Source: Bacteroidota bacterium
Lineage (GTDB): Bacteria > Bacteroidota > Bacteroidia > Flavobacteriales > JADGDT01
DNA length: 64,000 nucleotides
NCBI GenBank assembly: GCA_039714315.1
Contig: JBDLJM010000003.1
Location: 2,692-66,691, forward strand
Reading direction: 5' to 3'
A model generated the notes under the pieces. It saw only the letters and a list, made by a program, of their open reading frames with translations. It did not search any database and was not told where the DNA came from. Numbering within the stretch: position 1 is the first letter of the stretch; every line of letters starts with the position of its first letter. This document shows positions 46,631-55,440 of this stretch, piece by piece. Position numbers and translations under genes: made by a program.

Positions 46631-48799
46631 TTATTTGGTGATATTTTCGTTAGGCTTATTTTTTATAGGTAAAGTTATTAAAAATTCAGCTCCTTTACCC
46701 TGTTCAGAATTTATTTCAATTGTACCGTTATGACTGTCAATTACTTTAAAAACAATTGAAAGTCCTAATCCGGTACCTTTACCAACATCTTTTGTAGTAA
46801 AAAACGGTTCAAAAATCTTCTTTTGATTCTCTTCGCTTATTCCGGGACCATTATCCTTAAAACTAAACTGAACATTCCCGCCATTTATAGCTTTAGCTGT
46901 AATTTTTATCTCTAAATCATCTCCTTTCTCGGCATTTTCCTTTAAAGCCTGAATAGAATTAGTCAACAGATTCATAAACACCTGATTCATTTTACTCCCA
47001 TTACACTCCACTTTTGGAATAGCTTCAAAATCTCTGACAATTCTAACTTCATTTTTTGTCTGATTTGTTAATAAGGATAATGTTGAATCAAGTCCTTCCA
47101 ACAAATCAGTAGCCTTAAATACAGCTTCATCAAGTCGTGAAAAAGTTCTTAACCCACGAACAACATACCTGGTTCTGTTTGCACCTTCCTCTATTCCGCC
47201 CAATAAATCATATATTTCATTAGAAGTGTACTCTATATCAAGATCCTCCTCAAGTTCTACAATCTTCAGATACTCTACATTCTCGGGCATCTCCTTACTT
47301 GCTACATCCTTATATCGCTTTAACACTTCCATAATATCGCTAACATCCTGAGATAGTGGCTTTATATTGGATAACACAAAGTTTATAGGGTTATTTATTT
47401 CGTGGGCAATTCCGGCAGTAAGCTGACCCAATGAAGCCATTTTCTCCTGCTCTATAAGTTTTATTTGTGCAGACTGAAGATTCTCCATGGTTTTGTTAAG
47501 CTCAAAATTGGTAGTTTCCAACTCTTCAGTTCTCTCCTGAACCTTTTCTTCCAGGATTACATTTTGTTCAGCAATAATTCGTTGATTTTCAGCCAAAGTA
47601 TCGAGCTGTTGCTTCTGAATTTTTGCTTTTTCTTTTTTCAATAAATTTATACGATCGGCCAGTGCAAACGAAAGTAACATTACTTCAATTACTGTTCCTA
47701 TTTGAAGAGTGTGATTAGTAAACATGTTGAACTCCAACAATCCCTGATTTTTCATCACATAAATAGTTATTCCAACAAGGAAAACTATCCACGAAACCAG
47801 GAAGAACCCGGCAGGTTTAAAACCTTTTTTCAAAACCATAATTGCAACCAGAAGTGTAAATATAGCTCCATAAGCTCCTCCCAAATCCAATAACTGGGTA
47901 GACATATTTATCTTTCCTACAAATACAAATATAAGAGCAAGCATATATATTACCAATAACCCCAAATAGCCTTTCCTCAACCTCTTCCCATAAATTTTAA
48001 GTTTCAAAAAATTATCAGCGAAGAATATAAAGAAGAACCCGGAAAGAGATGATAAGACGACTAAAACCTTAGTGTTAAATGATGGGTTTTCTCCAAAATA
48101 CCTCAAAAATATTCCTTCAAGGCCTAACTGAGTCAATAATATGAATACCGTATATAAAACATAATACATATAACTGATATCACGGATAGAAATATAGATA
48201 AAGAAATTGTAAAGTATCATTGCGAGCATAAAGGTTGCATAGATTACTATCCAAATATCTTTATCATTATTTGCACTACTCAATTGAGAAAACTCTCCTA
48301 TTACCAAAGGATAAGTAATTGCATAATCGGAAGACACCTCCAATAAAATATCTGTTACACTATCCTGAGCCAGATAAAATGAAAATTGTGTATTTTGAAA
48401 ACTAACTTCTCTTTTGCTGAACGGATAGTCCAGTCCTGATTTATTATGCTTAATTATTTTACCATTATCTATCTGGTAAAAGTTAACACTATTAATAAGA
48501 GCCGAAGGCAGTTCTACAAAAAACTCATCACTCCCTGTATTATTTTTTATCCTAAGCTTATACCACAAACTCCCTTCAACTGAACCAAAATAGCTACCCT
48601 CCATGGGATTAAATAAGTCCCTGCTGTTTATAATGTCGTCAACATTAAATTTACCTTCTGAATCAATAAAGTAATCTACCGAGCTATTAACTATTGCTGT
48701 CTCCGTACTGTTAATTTCTATAGTACTTTCGGATGCAAATAAATTTGAGAAAACAAAAAAAGGTAGTAATAGTAAAAGGGAATAATAGATATTTTTCAT
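46631..48799 (-). CDS. Sensor histidine kinase with 7TMR-DISM extracellular and 7-TM modules
   Basis: 722 aa. Signal peptide, a ~170-aa extracytoplasmic domain, 7 hydrophobic helices, a coiled coil, HisKA (GIAHEINNP) and HATPase (GTGLGLSIV). Confidence 0.85.
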   Translation of the reverse strand: MKNIYYSLLLLLPFFVFSNLFASESTIEINSTETAIVNSSVDYFIDSEGKFNVDDIINSRDLFNPMEGSYFGSVEGSLWYKLRIKNNTGSDEFFVELPSALINSVNFYQIDNGKIIKHNKSGLDYPFSKREVSFQNTQFSFYLAQDSVTDILLEVSSDYAITYPLVIGEFSQLSSANNDKDIWIVIYATFMLAMILYNFFIYISIRDISYMYYVLYTVFILLTQLGLEGIFLRYFGENPSFNTKVLVVLSSLSGFFFIFFADNFLKLKIYGKRLRKGYLGLLVIYMLALIFVFVGKINMSTQLLDLGGAYGAIFTLLVAIMVLKKGFKPAGFFLVSWIVFLVGITIYVMKNQGLLEFNMFTNHTLQIGTVIEVMLLSFALADRINLLKKEKAKIQKQQLDTLAENQRIIAEQNVILEEKVQERTEELETTNFELNKTMENLQSAQIKLIEQEKMASLGQLTAGIAHEINNPINFVLSNIKPLSQDVSDIMEVLKRYKDVASKEMPENVEYLKIVELEEDLDIEYTSNEIYDLLGGIEEGANRTRYVVRGLRTFSRLDEAVFKATDLLEGLDSTLSLLTNQTKNEVRIVRDFEAIPKVECNGSKMNQVFMNLLTNSIQALKENAEKGDDLEIKITAKAINGGNVQFSFKDNGPGISEENQKKIFEPFFTTKDVGKGTGLGLSIVFKVIDSHNGTIEINSEQGKGAEFLITLPIKNKPNENITK

Positions 48800-48931
48800 T
48801 CGTTAAGGATTTAATATTTTAGTTTTCAGCCTGTCTTCATACTGTAAATAGCGCAAACTAAACTTATCTTAGCTAAATTAATATGTCTAAGTAATGTTTT
48901 ATATTACTTGTATTTTGTGTAGCATAAAACA

Positions 48932-49654
48932 CTATATATTCTTATTATTTAAATCTAATCCGTCAATAAAAAGTTCATAACTTACATCATATACATCTTT
49001 TCCTAAAAATATTTGCTCCTGTCTTTCCTGAACCGGCCTATTTCTAAGATCATTAATTACATTACGTTCATCATCTCTCGCTTTTACCAAAGAATCTGTA
49101 TCATGCAAAACAACAACTGTAGCTTTCAGATCGGGACGCGGATAACTGAAAGACCCGTTATCTCCAACTGTTCTTAAAATCTCAAAGCCCATCTTAGTTG
49201 CTGTTCGCAAAGTCCAGGGAGCCATTAAACTGTAAAGAGTTTTTATTTTTAACTGGTTTGCCAGCGATACTCCGGCTTTGGCCAATGATGCTCTGGCCAA
49301 CAATATAGAGAGACCTTTTCCTGCAAACTCATTGGCACTCCATAATCCGCATATTTCACCGGAACGGAAATTTCCCTCACTCCTGATAATGCCGTATATA
49401 TTAGGATCAAGACGACCTACAGCTTCCTCAAGAGGCAACTCATATTCTCCATTTGTAACATGGATTCTAGCCCCTCCAAAAACCTTACCATCCTGCTCCA
49501 ATATTATCACATAAACTTCGGGATTGTGAAACCAGCCGTGATCTGATGATGTAACTTTTTCAATACCTATACTAGCCAATACTTCCTCATGCCCCAAGGC
49601 AAATCTTCTACACGAATCTAGATCATCTATAGCTTTAAAAGCTCTAATTTTCAT
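48932..49654 (-). CDS. Hypothetical protein, possible GNAT-fold acyltransferase
   Basis: 240 aa. The segment GEICGLWSANEFAGKGLSILLARA resembles a GNAT motif-A region (beta4-alpha3 with GxG). The assignment is tentative. Confidence 0.4.
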   Translation of the reverse strand: MKIRAFKAIDDLDSCRRFALGHEEVLASIGIEKVTSSDHGWFHNPEVYVIILEQDGKVFGGARIHVTNGEYELPLEEAVGRLDPNIYGIIRSEGNFRSGEICGLWSANEFAGKGLSILLARASLAKAGVSLANQLKIKTLYSLMAPWTLRTATKMGFEILRTVGDNGSFSYPRPDLKATVVVLHDTDSLVKARDDERNVINDLRNRPVQERQEQIFLGKDVYDVSYELFIDGLDLNNKNI

Positions 49655-49960
49655 CTGTCTACAATTTTAAGTTTTGGTCAGGTGTAACTCGCATAACATT
49701 CATTCCCCTGTGTGAGAAAAATTTGCCCATGCTCGTTTCATCTCTCTTAATTTGTTTAATCGATCAGGCTCACCTTCAAAAGCGAGGCTGGTAATTAATT
49801 CATGATAATCATATTATTAAGTAAATAAAATCCCTCTCATGAATGCTTCATCGATATAAGTTTAAATAAATTATTTAATCAGTCTAACTAAGACAAAAAC
49901 CTTAACTAAACAATAATTATCATACTATAAAATGATCATTTTTTCCTATTTCATTTTACT

Positions 49961-51046
49961 TTATGATACAATCTTATCACTATATTCAATGTAGTAACGC
50001 CCAGAGTTAACCTTTTCTCCAAGAAGTATCATACGCCCGGTACCGGTAGCCATACCCGCACCAAAACTTATGTCAGACCCCAATTGAGGCCAACTTTTTA
50101 TGCTTTTTCCTAATTCGGTAAATGAATGTTTCATCTTATCAGAAACATTTTGGAAACTTACTATTTTTTGAAGTATTTTCAACTGTTCAGGACCAGAAAG
50201 TTTTGTCAAATTACTTAACTCCTCATCTGTGACAAATCCATGAAACAGCGGACGGAAATTCTCAACGTCAAACCTCTCAATATCAAGCATTCCACGATCA
50301 TTTGTTTCCATTACAACAGGAATTTTATAGTTGCGGGCTTTATATCTTGATAGTACTTTTATGTCGAAACCGTCACTTTCTTCAAAAAATAAATCAATTT
50401 TAACTCCATCGTCGAAGAATTCATCCATATTTTCCTGAGTTAATCCATCCGCAAAAACTTTAACTTTTATAAAAGGATCAATCTCTGATATTTGACGGGC
50501 GGCTGAAATAACTTTTGGCACACCCAATTCATCAATGCCAACCTTAAGTCTGTTTAAGTTAGCCAGTTCTATAATATCAAAATCCGCCAATCTGATTTCT
50601 CCACAAATTCTCTCAAGGGCAGCAGTGATGGCAATTTCTCTCCCTACAGACAGTCCTACAATACCGATTACTTTTGTTGACAGAATCTGCTGCTCTTCAT
50701 CCGTTATCTTATACTTATTTCTATTAGTACGTAATTCTACAAACTCTTTTTCTTCCAATGTATGTACCAAAACGTTTTTCCACGGATAAAATACCCAAAG
50801 ACCATATTGTTTGTCAGCACATTCTTTCACGAATTGATTAAACTTTTTCTCATAATCAATTTTATTGTTCAATAATTCCAGATTATTTATCATGAAGTGT
50901 TCCGCCAGCTGTTTATCAAACTCATCAACAATAGCTGGGCTTTCCCCTTCTATCAGTGATTTTAACAATTGATTATCGGATGGATTACCCGTGTAAAATA
51001 AAATTGGTTTAAAAAGATTTTGCACTTTATTGTTAACCTTATTCAT
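49961..51046 (-). CDS. ThiF/E1-like adenylyltransferase-fold protein with ~115-aa N-terminal extension
   Basis: 361 aa with a Rossmann-type nucleotide loop (IGIVGLSVGREI) followed by RLADFDIIELANLNR. From recollection, the N-terminal WVFYPW...LRTNRNKYKIT region resembles Rv1355c-type ThiF-like proteins. There are no C-terminal Cys motifs. Confidence 0.7.
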   Translation of the reverse strand: MNKVNNKVQNLFKPILFYTGNPSDNQLLKSLIEGESPAIVDEFDKQLAEHFMINNLELLNNKIDYEKKFNQFVKECADKQYGLWVFYPWKNVLVHTLEEKEFVELRTNRNKYKITDEEQQILSTKVIGIVGLSVGREIAITAALERICGEIRLADFDIIELANLNRLKVGIDELGVPKVISAARQISEIDPFIKVKVFADGLTQENMDEFFDDGVKIDLFFEESDGFDIKVLSRYKARNYKIPVVMETNDRGMLDIERFDVENFRPLFHGFVTDEELSNLTKLSGPEQLKILQKIVSFQNVSDKMKHSFTELGKSIKSWPQLGSDISFGAGMATGTGRMILLGEKVNSGRYYIEYSDKIVS

Positions 51047-51134
51047 TTTTGTATATTTTTATGAAATATTTTACCGTAAGTAAAATTAAAATTGTTGTTT
51101 TACAATAAGTGAAATTTAATATTTTTTTTATACA

Positions 51135-51593
51135 ATGAATAAGGAAATTAAAGTTCTATACATAGATGATGAAGTTCACAATTTAACTGCTTTTAAGGCA
51201 ACATTTAGAAGGGACTTTAAAATATTCACAGCAAGTTCTGGTTTTGAGGGAATAAATATTCTTGAAAACAATGAGATAAATGTCATTATTACGGATCAAC
51301 GAATGCCGCAAATGACAGGAGTTGAGTTTCTCGAATACATCATACCTATCTACCCCGACATAATGCGTATACTTTTAACCGGATACAGTGATATTACAGC
51401 GGTTGTTGATGCGATAAACAAAGGTAAGATTTTCTATTACCACCAAAAGCCATGGGATGAAAACGAACTTAAAATAACGATTGAAAATGCTTTTCAACTC
51501 TTTAAACTTAGAAGAGAAAATAAAGAGCTAACTGAAAAATTACAGGTATCGAATGAACAACTTGAATTTATGTTAAGACAAAAACTGTTATAA
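51135..51593 (+). CDS. Stand-alone response-regulator receiver protein
   Basis: 152 aa. REC domain (YIDDE..., phospho-acceptor in ITDQRMP, LTGY, K in QKPW) plus a short coiled-coil tail. Confidence 0.85.
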   Translation: MNKEIKVLYIDDEVHNLTAFKATFRRDFKIFTASSGFEGINILENNEINVIITDQRMPQMTGVEFLEYIIPIYPDIMRILLTGYSDITAVVDAINKGKIFYYHQKPWDENELKITIENAFQLFKLRRENKELTEKLQVSNEQLEFMLRQKLL

Positions 51594-51620
51594 AAGTTTT
51601 ATATAAATATAACCTTACAT

Positions 51621-51660
51621 AAAAATGGTGAAAGTTTTTTCTTTCACCATTTTTCTTTTT
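51621..51660. terminator. Bidirectional terminator
   Basis: Stem atggtgaaag (51625-51634) pairs with ctttcaccat (51641-51650), flanked by A- and T-runs, between convergent genes. Confidence 0.85.
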
Positions 51661-51704
51661 TATAACTTATTCAATATAATTTAAACACTTTGTTTAAAAT
51701 ATTA

Positions 51705-53543
51705 TCAGGCATCATTTTTCCCCAATAATCTTTTTAATAAATCCGTATTATTTTTCAGCTTATATTTTATCCATCTTACATTATCACTTTTATACCAAAA
51801 GAAAAATTTATGCTGATCTTTTTTATCCTCTTTCGATTTGGCCGTAAAAACCGGCTTTAAAGTATAGGGATGATACCCTGAATAATACGACACTGTTGCA
51901 ACAGTCATTGGTGTTGGAGTAAAATCCTGAACCTGTTCTAACTGAAACCCTAAATCTTTAGTTTCTGCGGCAAGGTTCGCCATATCCTCCAATGTTGATT
52001 CAGGATGAGAAGAAATAAAGTATGGTATTAACTGGAGCTTCAGGCTCTTTTTAAAATTAATGGAATCGAACTTTGCTTTAAATTTTCTAAAATACTTAAA
52101 TGATGGTTTTCGCATCATCTTTAATGTATTATCAGAAGTATGTTCAGGTGCAACTTTCAACCTACCTGAGACGTGTCTGGTTAAAACCTGATCCAGATAC
52201 CTGTCCATATCTTTTTCATCTCCTTCCTTATTGAATTCTTTTACCAGAAGGTCATAACGTATCCCACTTCCAATAAATGCTTTTTTAATTTCGGGATGTG
52301 AATCAATCTTTTTATATATCTGAGTTAGCCCCTCATGCGATGTGTCGAGGTTTTTACAGACAACAGGACTTATACAAGATGGTGCTTTACATTTTTCGCA
52401 AATAGACAGATCTTTACCTTTCATCTTATACATATTTGCTGAAGGCCCTCCTATATCAGACAAATACCCCTTAAAATCAGGCATCTTAGTCATTGCATCA
52501 ACCTCAGCCAGAATTGATTTTTCTGATCTTGAGGCAATAAATTTCCCCTGATGAGCCGAAATTGTACAGAAACTACAGCCCCCAAAACACCCCCTGTGCA
52601 GATTTACAGAAAACTTAATCATTTCATACGCGGGAATGGCTTCCCTGTTCTTATACTTTGGATGAGGCAATCGGGTATATGGTAAGTCAAATGAATAATC
52701 AATCTGCTTTTCAGTCATCGTAGCATAAGGAGGATTAATGACCAAATTCTTATCTCCAACTTTCTGAATAATTCTACGTGCTTTTATTCTATTTGATTCA
52801 ATCTCTACAATTTTGAAATTTTTTGCAAACTTCAACTTATCATCCAGACAATCCTGATGCGAATAGAGTTCAACATCTTCCACTTTTTTATTCCGTGGCA
52901 AACCTTCAAATTCTTCAGTAAGTACAGCAGTTTGCTTAACAGTCTTTAAAGATTCAAATGGCACTCCCCTTTTTAGCAACCTCAGAATTTCACGAAGCGG
53001 ATTTTCGCCATTCCCATATACCAAAATATCAGCTCCACTATCCTCAAGAATTGTGGGTTTCAGTTGATCCGACCAATAATCATAATGAGTTACACGTCGG
53101 AGCGATGCTTCTACTCCTCCAAGAATTACAGGCACATCAGGATATAACTTTTTTAAAGTTTGGGTATAAACAATACTGGCATAGTCGGGTCTATAACCTT
53201 TTTCTCCTCCGGGAGTGTATGCATCATTCGACCGCAACCTTTTTCCGGCAGTATAATGATTGACCATCGAATCCATATTCCCTGCGGTTACTGCAAAGAA
53301 AAGATTTGGCTTACCAAACTTTTTAAATTCATGTAAATCATCACGCCAGTTAGGTTGTGGAATAATCCCAACCCTGAAACCTTCAGCCTCAATTATTCTA
53401 CCTATCACAGCAGCTCCAAACGAAGGATGATCAACATAAGCATCTCCGGTAATCAAAACAACATCAAGATCCTCCCATTCACGGAGTTTCATTTCTTTTT
53501 TCGTAATTGGCAACCAATCTGATAATCGAGGTTGTAGATTCAT
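51705..53543 (-). CDS. YgiQ-family radical SAM protein (UPF0313)
   Basis: 612 aa. The CxxxCxxC context HRGCFGGCSFCTISAHQG and the N-terminal domain are typical of YgiQ. Confidence 0.9.
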   Translation of the reverse strand: MNLQPRLSDWLPITKKEMKLREWEDLDVVLITGDAYVDHPSFGAAVIGRIIEAEGFRVGIIPQPNWRDDLHEFKKFGKPNLFFAVTAGNMDSMVNHYTAGKRLRSNDAYTPGGEKGYRPDYASIVYTQTLKKLYPDVPVILGGVEASLRRVTHYDYWSDQLKPTILEDSGADILVYGNGENPLREILRLLKRGVPFESLKTVKQTAVLTEEFEGLPRNKKVEDVELYSHQDCLDDKLKFAKNFKIVEIESNRIKARRIIQKVGDKNLVINPPYATMTEKQIDYSFDLPYTRLPHPKYKNREAIPAYEMIKFSVNLHRGCFGGCSFCTISAHQGKFIASRSEKSILAEVDAMTKMPDFKGYLSDIGGPSANMYKMKGKDLSICEKCKAPSCISPVVCKNLDTSHEGLTQIYKKIDSHPEIKKAFIGSGIRYDLLVKEFNKEGDEKDMDRYLDQVLTRHVSGRLKVAPEHTSDNTLKMMRKPSFKYFRKFKAKFDSINFKKSLKLQLIPYFISSHPESTLEDMANLAAETKDLGFQLEQVQDFTPTPMTVATVSYYSGYHPYTLKPVFTAKSKEDKKDQHKFFFWYKSDNVRWIKYKLKNNTDLLKRLLGKNDA

Positions 53544-53635
53544 ATTTCTCTATTCAAAAAATTCTCTGCGAAGTTAAGAATAGATTTTGAACTTAAAGAT
53601 TACTTCTGATAAGTTGCAATTATTACCTTTGGAAC

Positions 53636-54679
53636 ATGGAAAAGCATGAGATTTACATGAGGCGATGTCTTGAATTAGCAGAAAACGGCCTTGGAACAAC
53701 AAGTCCTAACCCTATGGTTGGTTCTGTAATTGTTCACAATGACAAAATTATTGGTGAAGGATGGCACAGAAAAGCCGGAGAAGCACATGCCGAACCCAAT
53801 GCCATTAATTCTGTTAAAAATCAGGAACTCCTCAGTGAATCTACTATTTATGTCAGCTTGGAACCATGCTCTCACTTTGGAAAAACCCCACCTTGTACCG
53901 ATTTAATAATTGAAAAAGGGATTCCGAATGTTGTAATAGGTATTATGGATCCATTTGCAAAAGTTTGTGGAAACGGAATTAACAAACTAAAACAACAGGG
54001 ACACAATGTTACAGTAGGAGTACTTGAAAAAGAATGTGAAGTTCAAAATAAACGCTTCTTCACTTTTCAGAAAAAAAAGCGTCCTTATATAATATTAAAA
54101 TGGGCAGAAACCAATGACGGTTTTATTGATATTGTCAGAGACGATAATGATGAAAATAAACCAACATGGATTTCCAATAAATTCTCCCAACAATTGGTTC
54201 ATAAATGGCGTAGTGAAGAAGATGCGATCTTAGTTGGAACAAATACTGCTATCAATGATAATCCGAAATTAAATACCCGAAGTTGGGTTGGTAAAGATCC
54301 GGTGAGGGTAGTTATGGACAGAACACTGAGGATTCCTGAAGATAATTTCCTTTTTGATGATACTATAAAAACTATAGTAGTTACAGAAAAGAACAGAGAA
54401 AATTTAAACAATACTATTTACGAAAAAATCGACTTTTCTGAAGACAAAGCACTGGAATATTTAATGAATATACTTGTAAAGCACGAAATTCAATCAATAA
54501 TAATCGAAGGAGGACTACATACTTTGCAAAGCTTTATCGACAGTGATCTATGGGATGAAGCCAGAGTATTTGTTGGGAATAACAATTTTAAAAAAGGGAT
54601 AAAAGCACCGGTTATATTTACTGACAATCAACTCATTGAAAAAGTAGGTAATGACCGTCTAAAGTATCTATTCAAATAA
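53636..54679 (+). CDS. ribD: Bifunctional riboflavin biosynthesis deaminase/reductase
   Basis: 347 aa with a CMP/dCMP-type deaminase (HAE...PCSHFGKTPPC) followed by a RibD_C reductase domain. Confidence 0.92.
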   Translation: MEKHEIYMRRCLELAENGLGTTSPNPMVGSVIVHNDKIIGEGWHRKAGEAHAEPNAINSVKNQELLSESTIYVSLEPCSHFGKTPPCTDLIIEKGIPNVVIGIMDPFAKVCGNGINKLKQQGHNVTVGVLEKECEVQNKRFFTFQKKKRPYIILKWAETNDGFIDIVRDDNDENKPTWISNKFSQQLVHKWRSEEDAILVGTNTAINDNPKLNTRSWVGKDPVRVVMDRTLRIPEDNFLFDDTIKTIVVTEKNRENLNNTIYEKIDFSEDKALEYLMNILVKHEIQSIIIEGGLHTLQSFIDSDLWDEARVFVGNNNFKKGIKAPVIFTDNQLIEKVGNDRLKYLFK

Positions 54680-54728
54680 AAACACACCAAACTTATCAAC
54701 AATATATTCCAAATATCAATTCTTCTTA

Positions 54729-54736
54729 TATATTTG
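54729..54736 (+). promoter_or_regulatory. Bacteroidota-type -7 box (TATATTTG)
   Basis: Exact TAnnTTTG match 26 nt upstream of the ATG at 54762. Confidence 0.55.
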
Positions 54737-54761
54737 CAAGCCTTAAAAAAATAAGACGATT

Positions 54762-55292
54762 ATGATAAAAAATTGGTACACCTGCAAGGTGAAATATATG
54801 AAGATTGATGACAATGGGAATGAATCAACTGTAACTGAAGCTTACCTGGTTGATGCAATGTCATACACCGAAGCGGAATCGCGTATTTATGAGGAAATGG
54901 AACAACGTGTACGTGGTGAATTCAGAATTGTAAATATAGCTAAAGCTAATTATTCGGACGTTATGGCCGACGAAGAATTGGTTGACTGGTATAAGGTTAA
55001 ACTATCTACTATTGAGTACGATGAAGAAAGCGACAAAGAGAAAAAACACACTAATTACTATCTTATTGCTGCTGACAGTTGTAAACAAGCCATTGAAAGA
55101 GCAGAAGAATCAATGAAGGATGTTGGAGTTGACTTTGTAATTCCTGCCGTGAACATTGTTCAGTTAGTAGATGTATTTCCATATAACGAAGAGTCTAATT
55201 TAACTCCTGTCGAGAAAGTTGCAGAAGGAGAAGAAGAAGAAGAAAAAGTTGAAGCATTTGATCCTGAAACAGGAGAAGTGATTGAGGCATAA
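54762..55292 (+). CDS. DUF4494-like protein with acidic tail
   Basis: 176 aa. From recollection, the N-terminal WYTCKVKYMKIDDNG...VTEAYLVDAMSYTEAESRIYEEM matches the DUF4494 pattern common in Bacteroidota. Confidence 0.55.
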   Translation: MIKNWYTCKVKYMKIDDNGNESTVTEAYLVDAMSYTEAESRIYEEMEQRVRGEFRIVNIAKANYSDVMADEELVDWYKVKLSTIEYDEESDKEKKHTNYYLIAADSCKQAIERAEESMKDVGVDFVIPAVNIVQLVDVFPYNEESNLTPVEKVAEGEEEEEKVEAFDPETGEVIEA

Positions 55293-55321
55293 TCTACAAT
55301 AAAACTATATCAAAAGTTAGT

Positions 55322-55399
55322 CGTCATCTCGAGCGAAGTCGAGAGATCTCATGATGTTAAGCAGTAACACTCACCAGATTTGACTTAGTCGAAATGACG
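55322..55399. repeat. REP-like palindromic intergenic element, copy B
   Basis: Outer stem cgtcatctcga pairs with tcgaaatgacg (1 mismatch). The inner hairpin is tctcga-GCGAAG-tcgaga (55327-55344), and there is a palindromic gagatctc. It lies at a convergent gene junction. Confidence 0.65.
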
Positions 55400-55440
55400 G
55401 TTAACTTAACTTCTGATATAGCCTTAACTTATTAAGATAA

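Noticed and set aside
49655-51134. Microcin C-like system (MccB-like ThiF enzyme, GNAT immunity protein and a short Asn-terminated precursor)
   Set aside because: No ATG-initiated ORF exists in the 88 nt upstream of the ThiF-like gene. In the 306-nt downstream gap the only Asn-terminated candidate is a 5-codon ORF (MIIMN), which is easily a chance event in AT-rich DNA. A 23-codon ORF (49659-49730, minus strand, MGKFFSHRGMNVMRVTPDQNLKL) ends in Leu. No MFS exporter or MccD/MccF-like genes are present. The idea is kept only as something to test by comparative analysis.
53544-53635. FMN riboswitch upstream of ribD
   Set aside because: Only 92 nt are available. I see none of the conserved FMN-element helices or sequence blocks, and the region is AT-rich and unstructured by eye.
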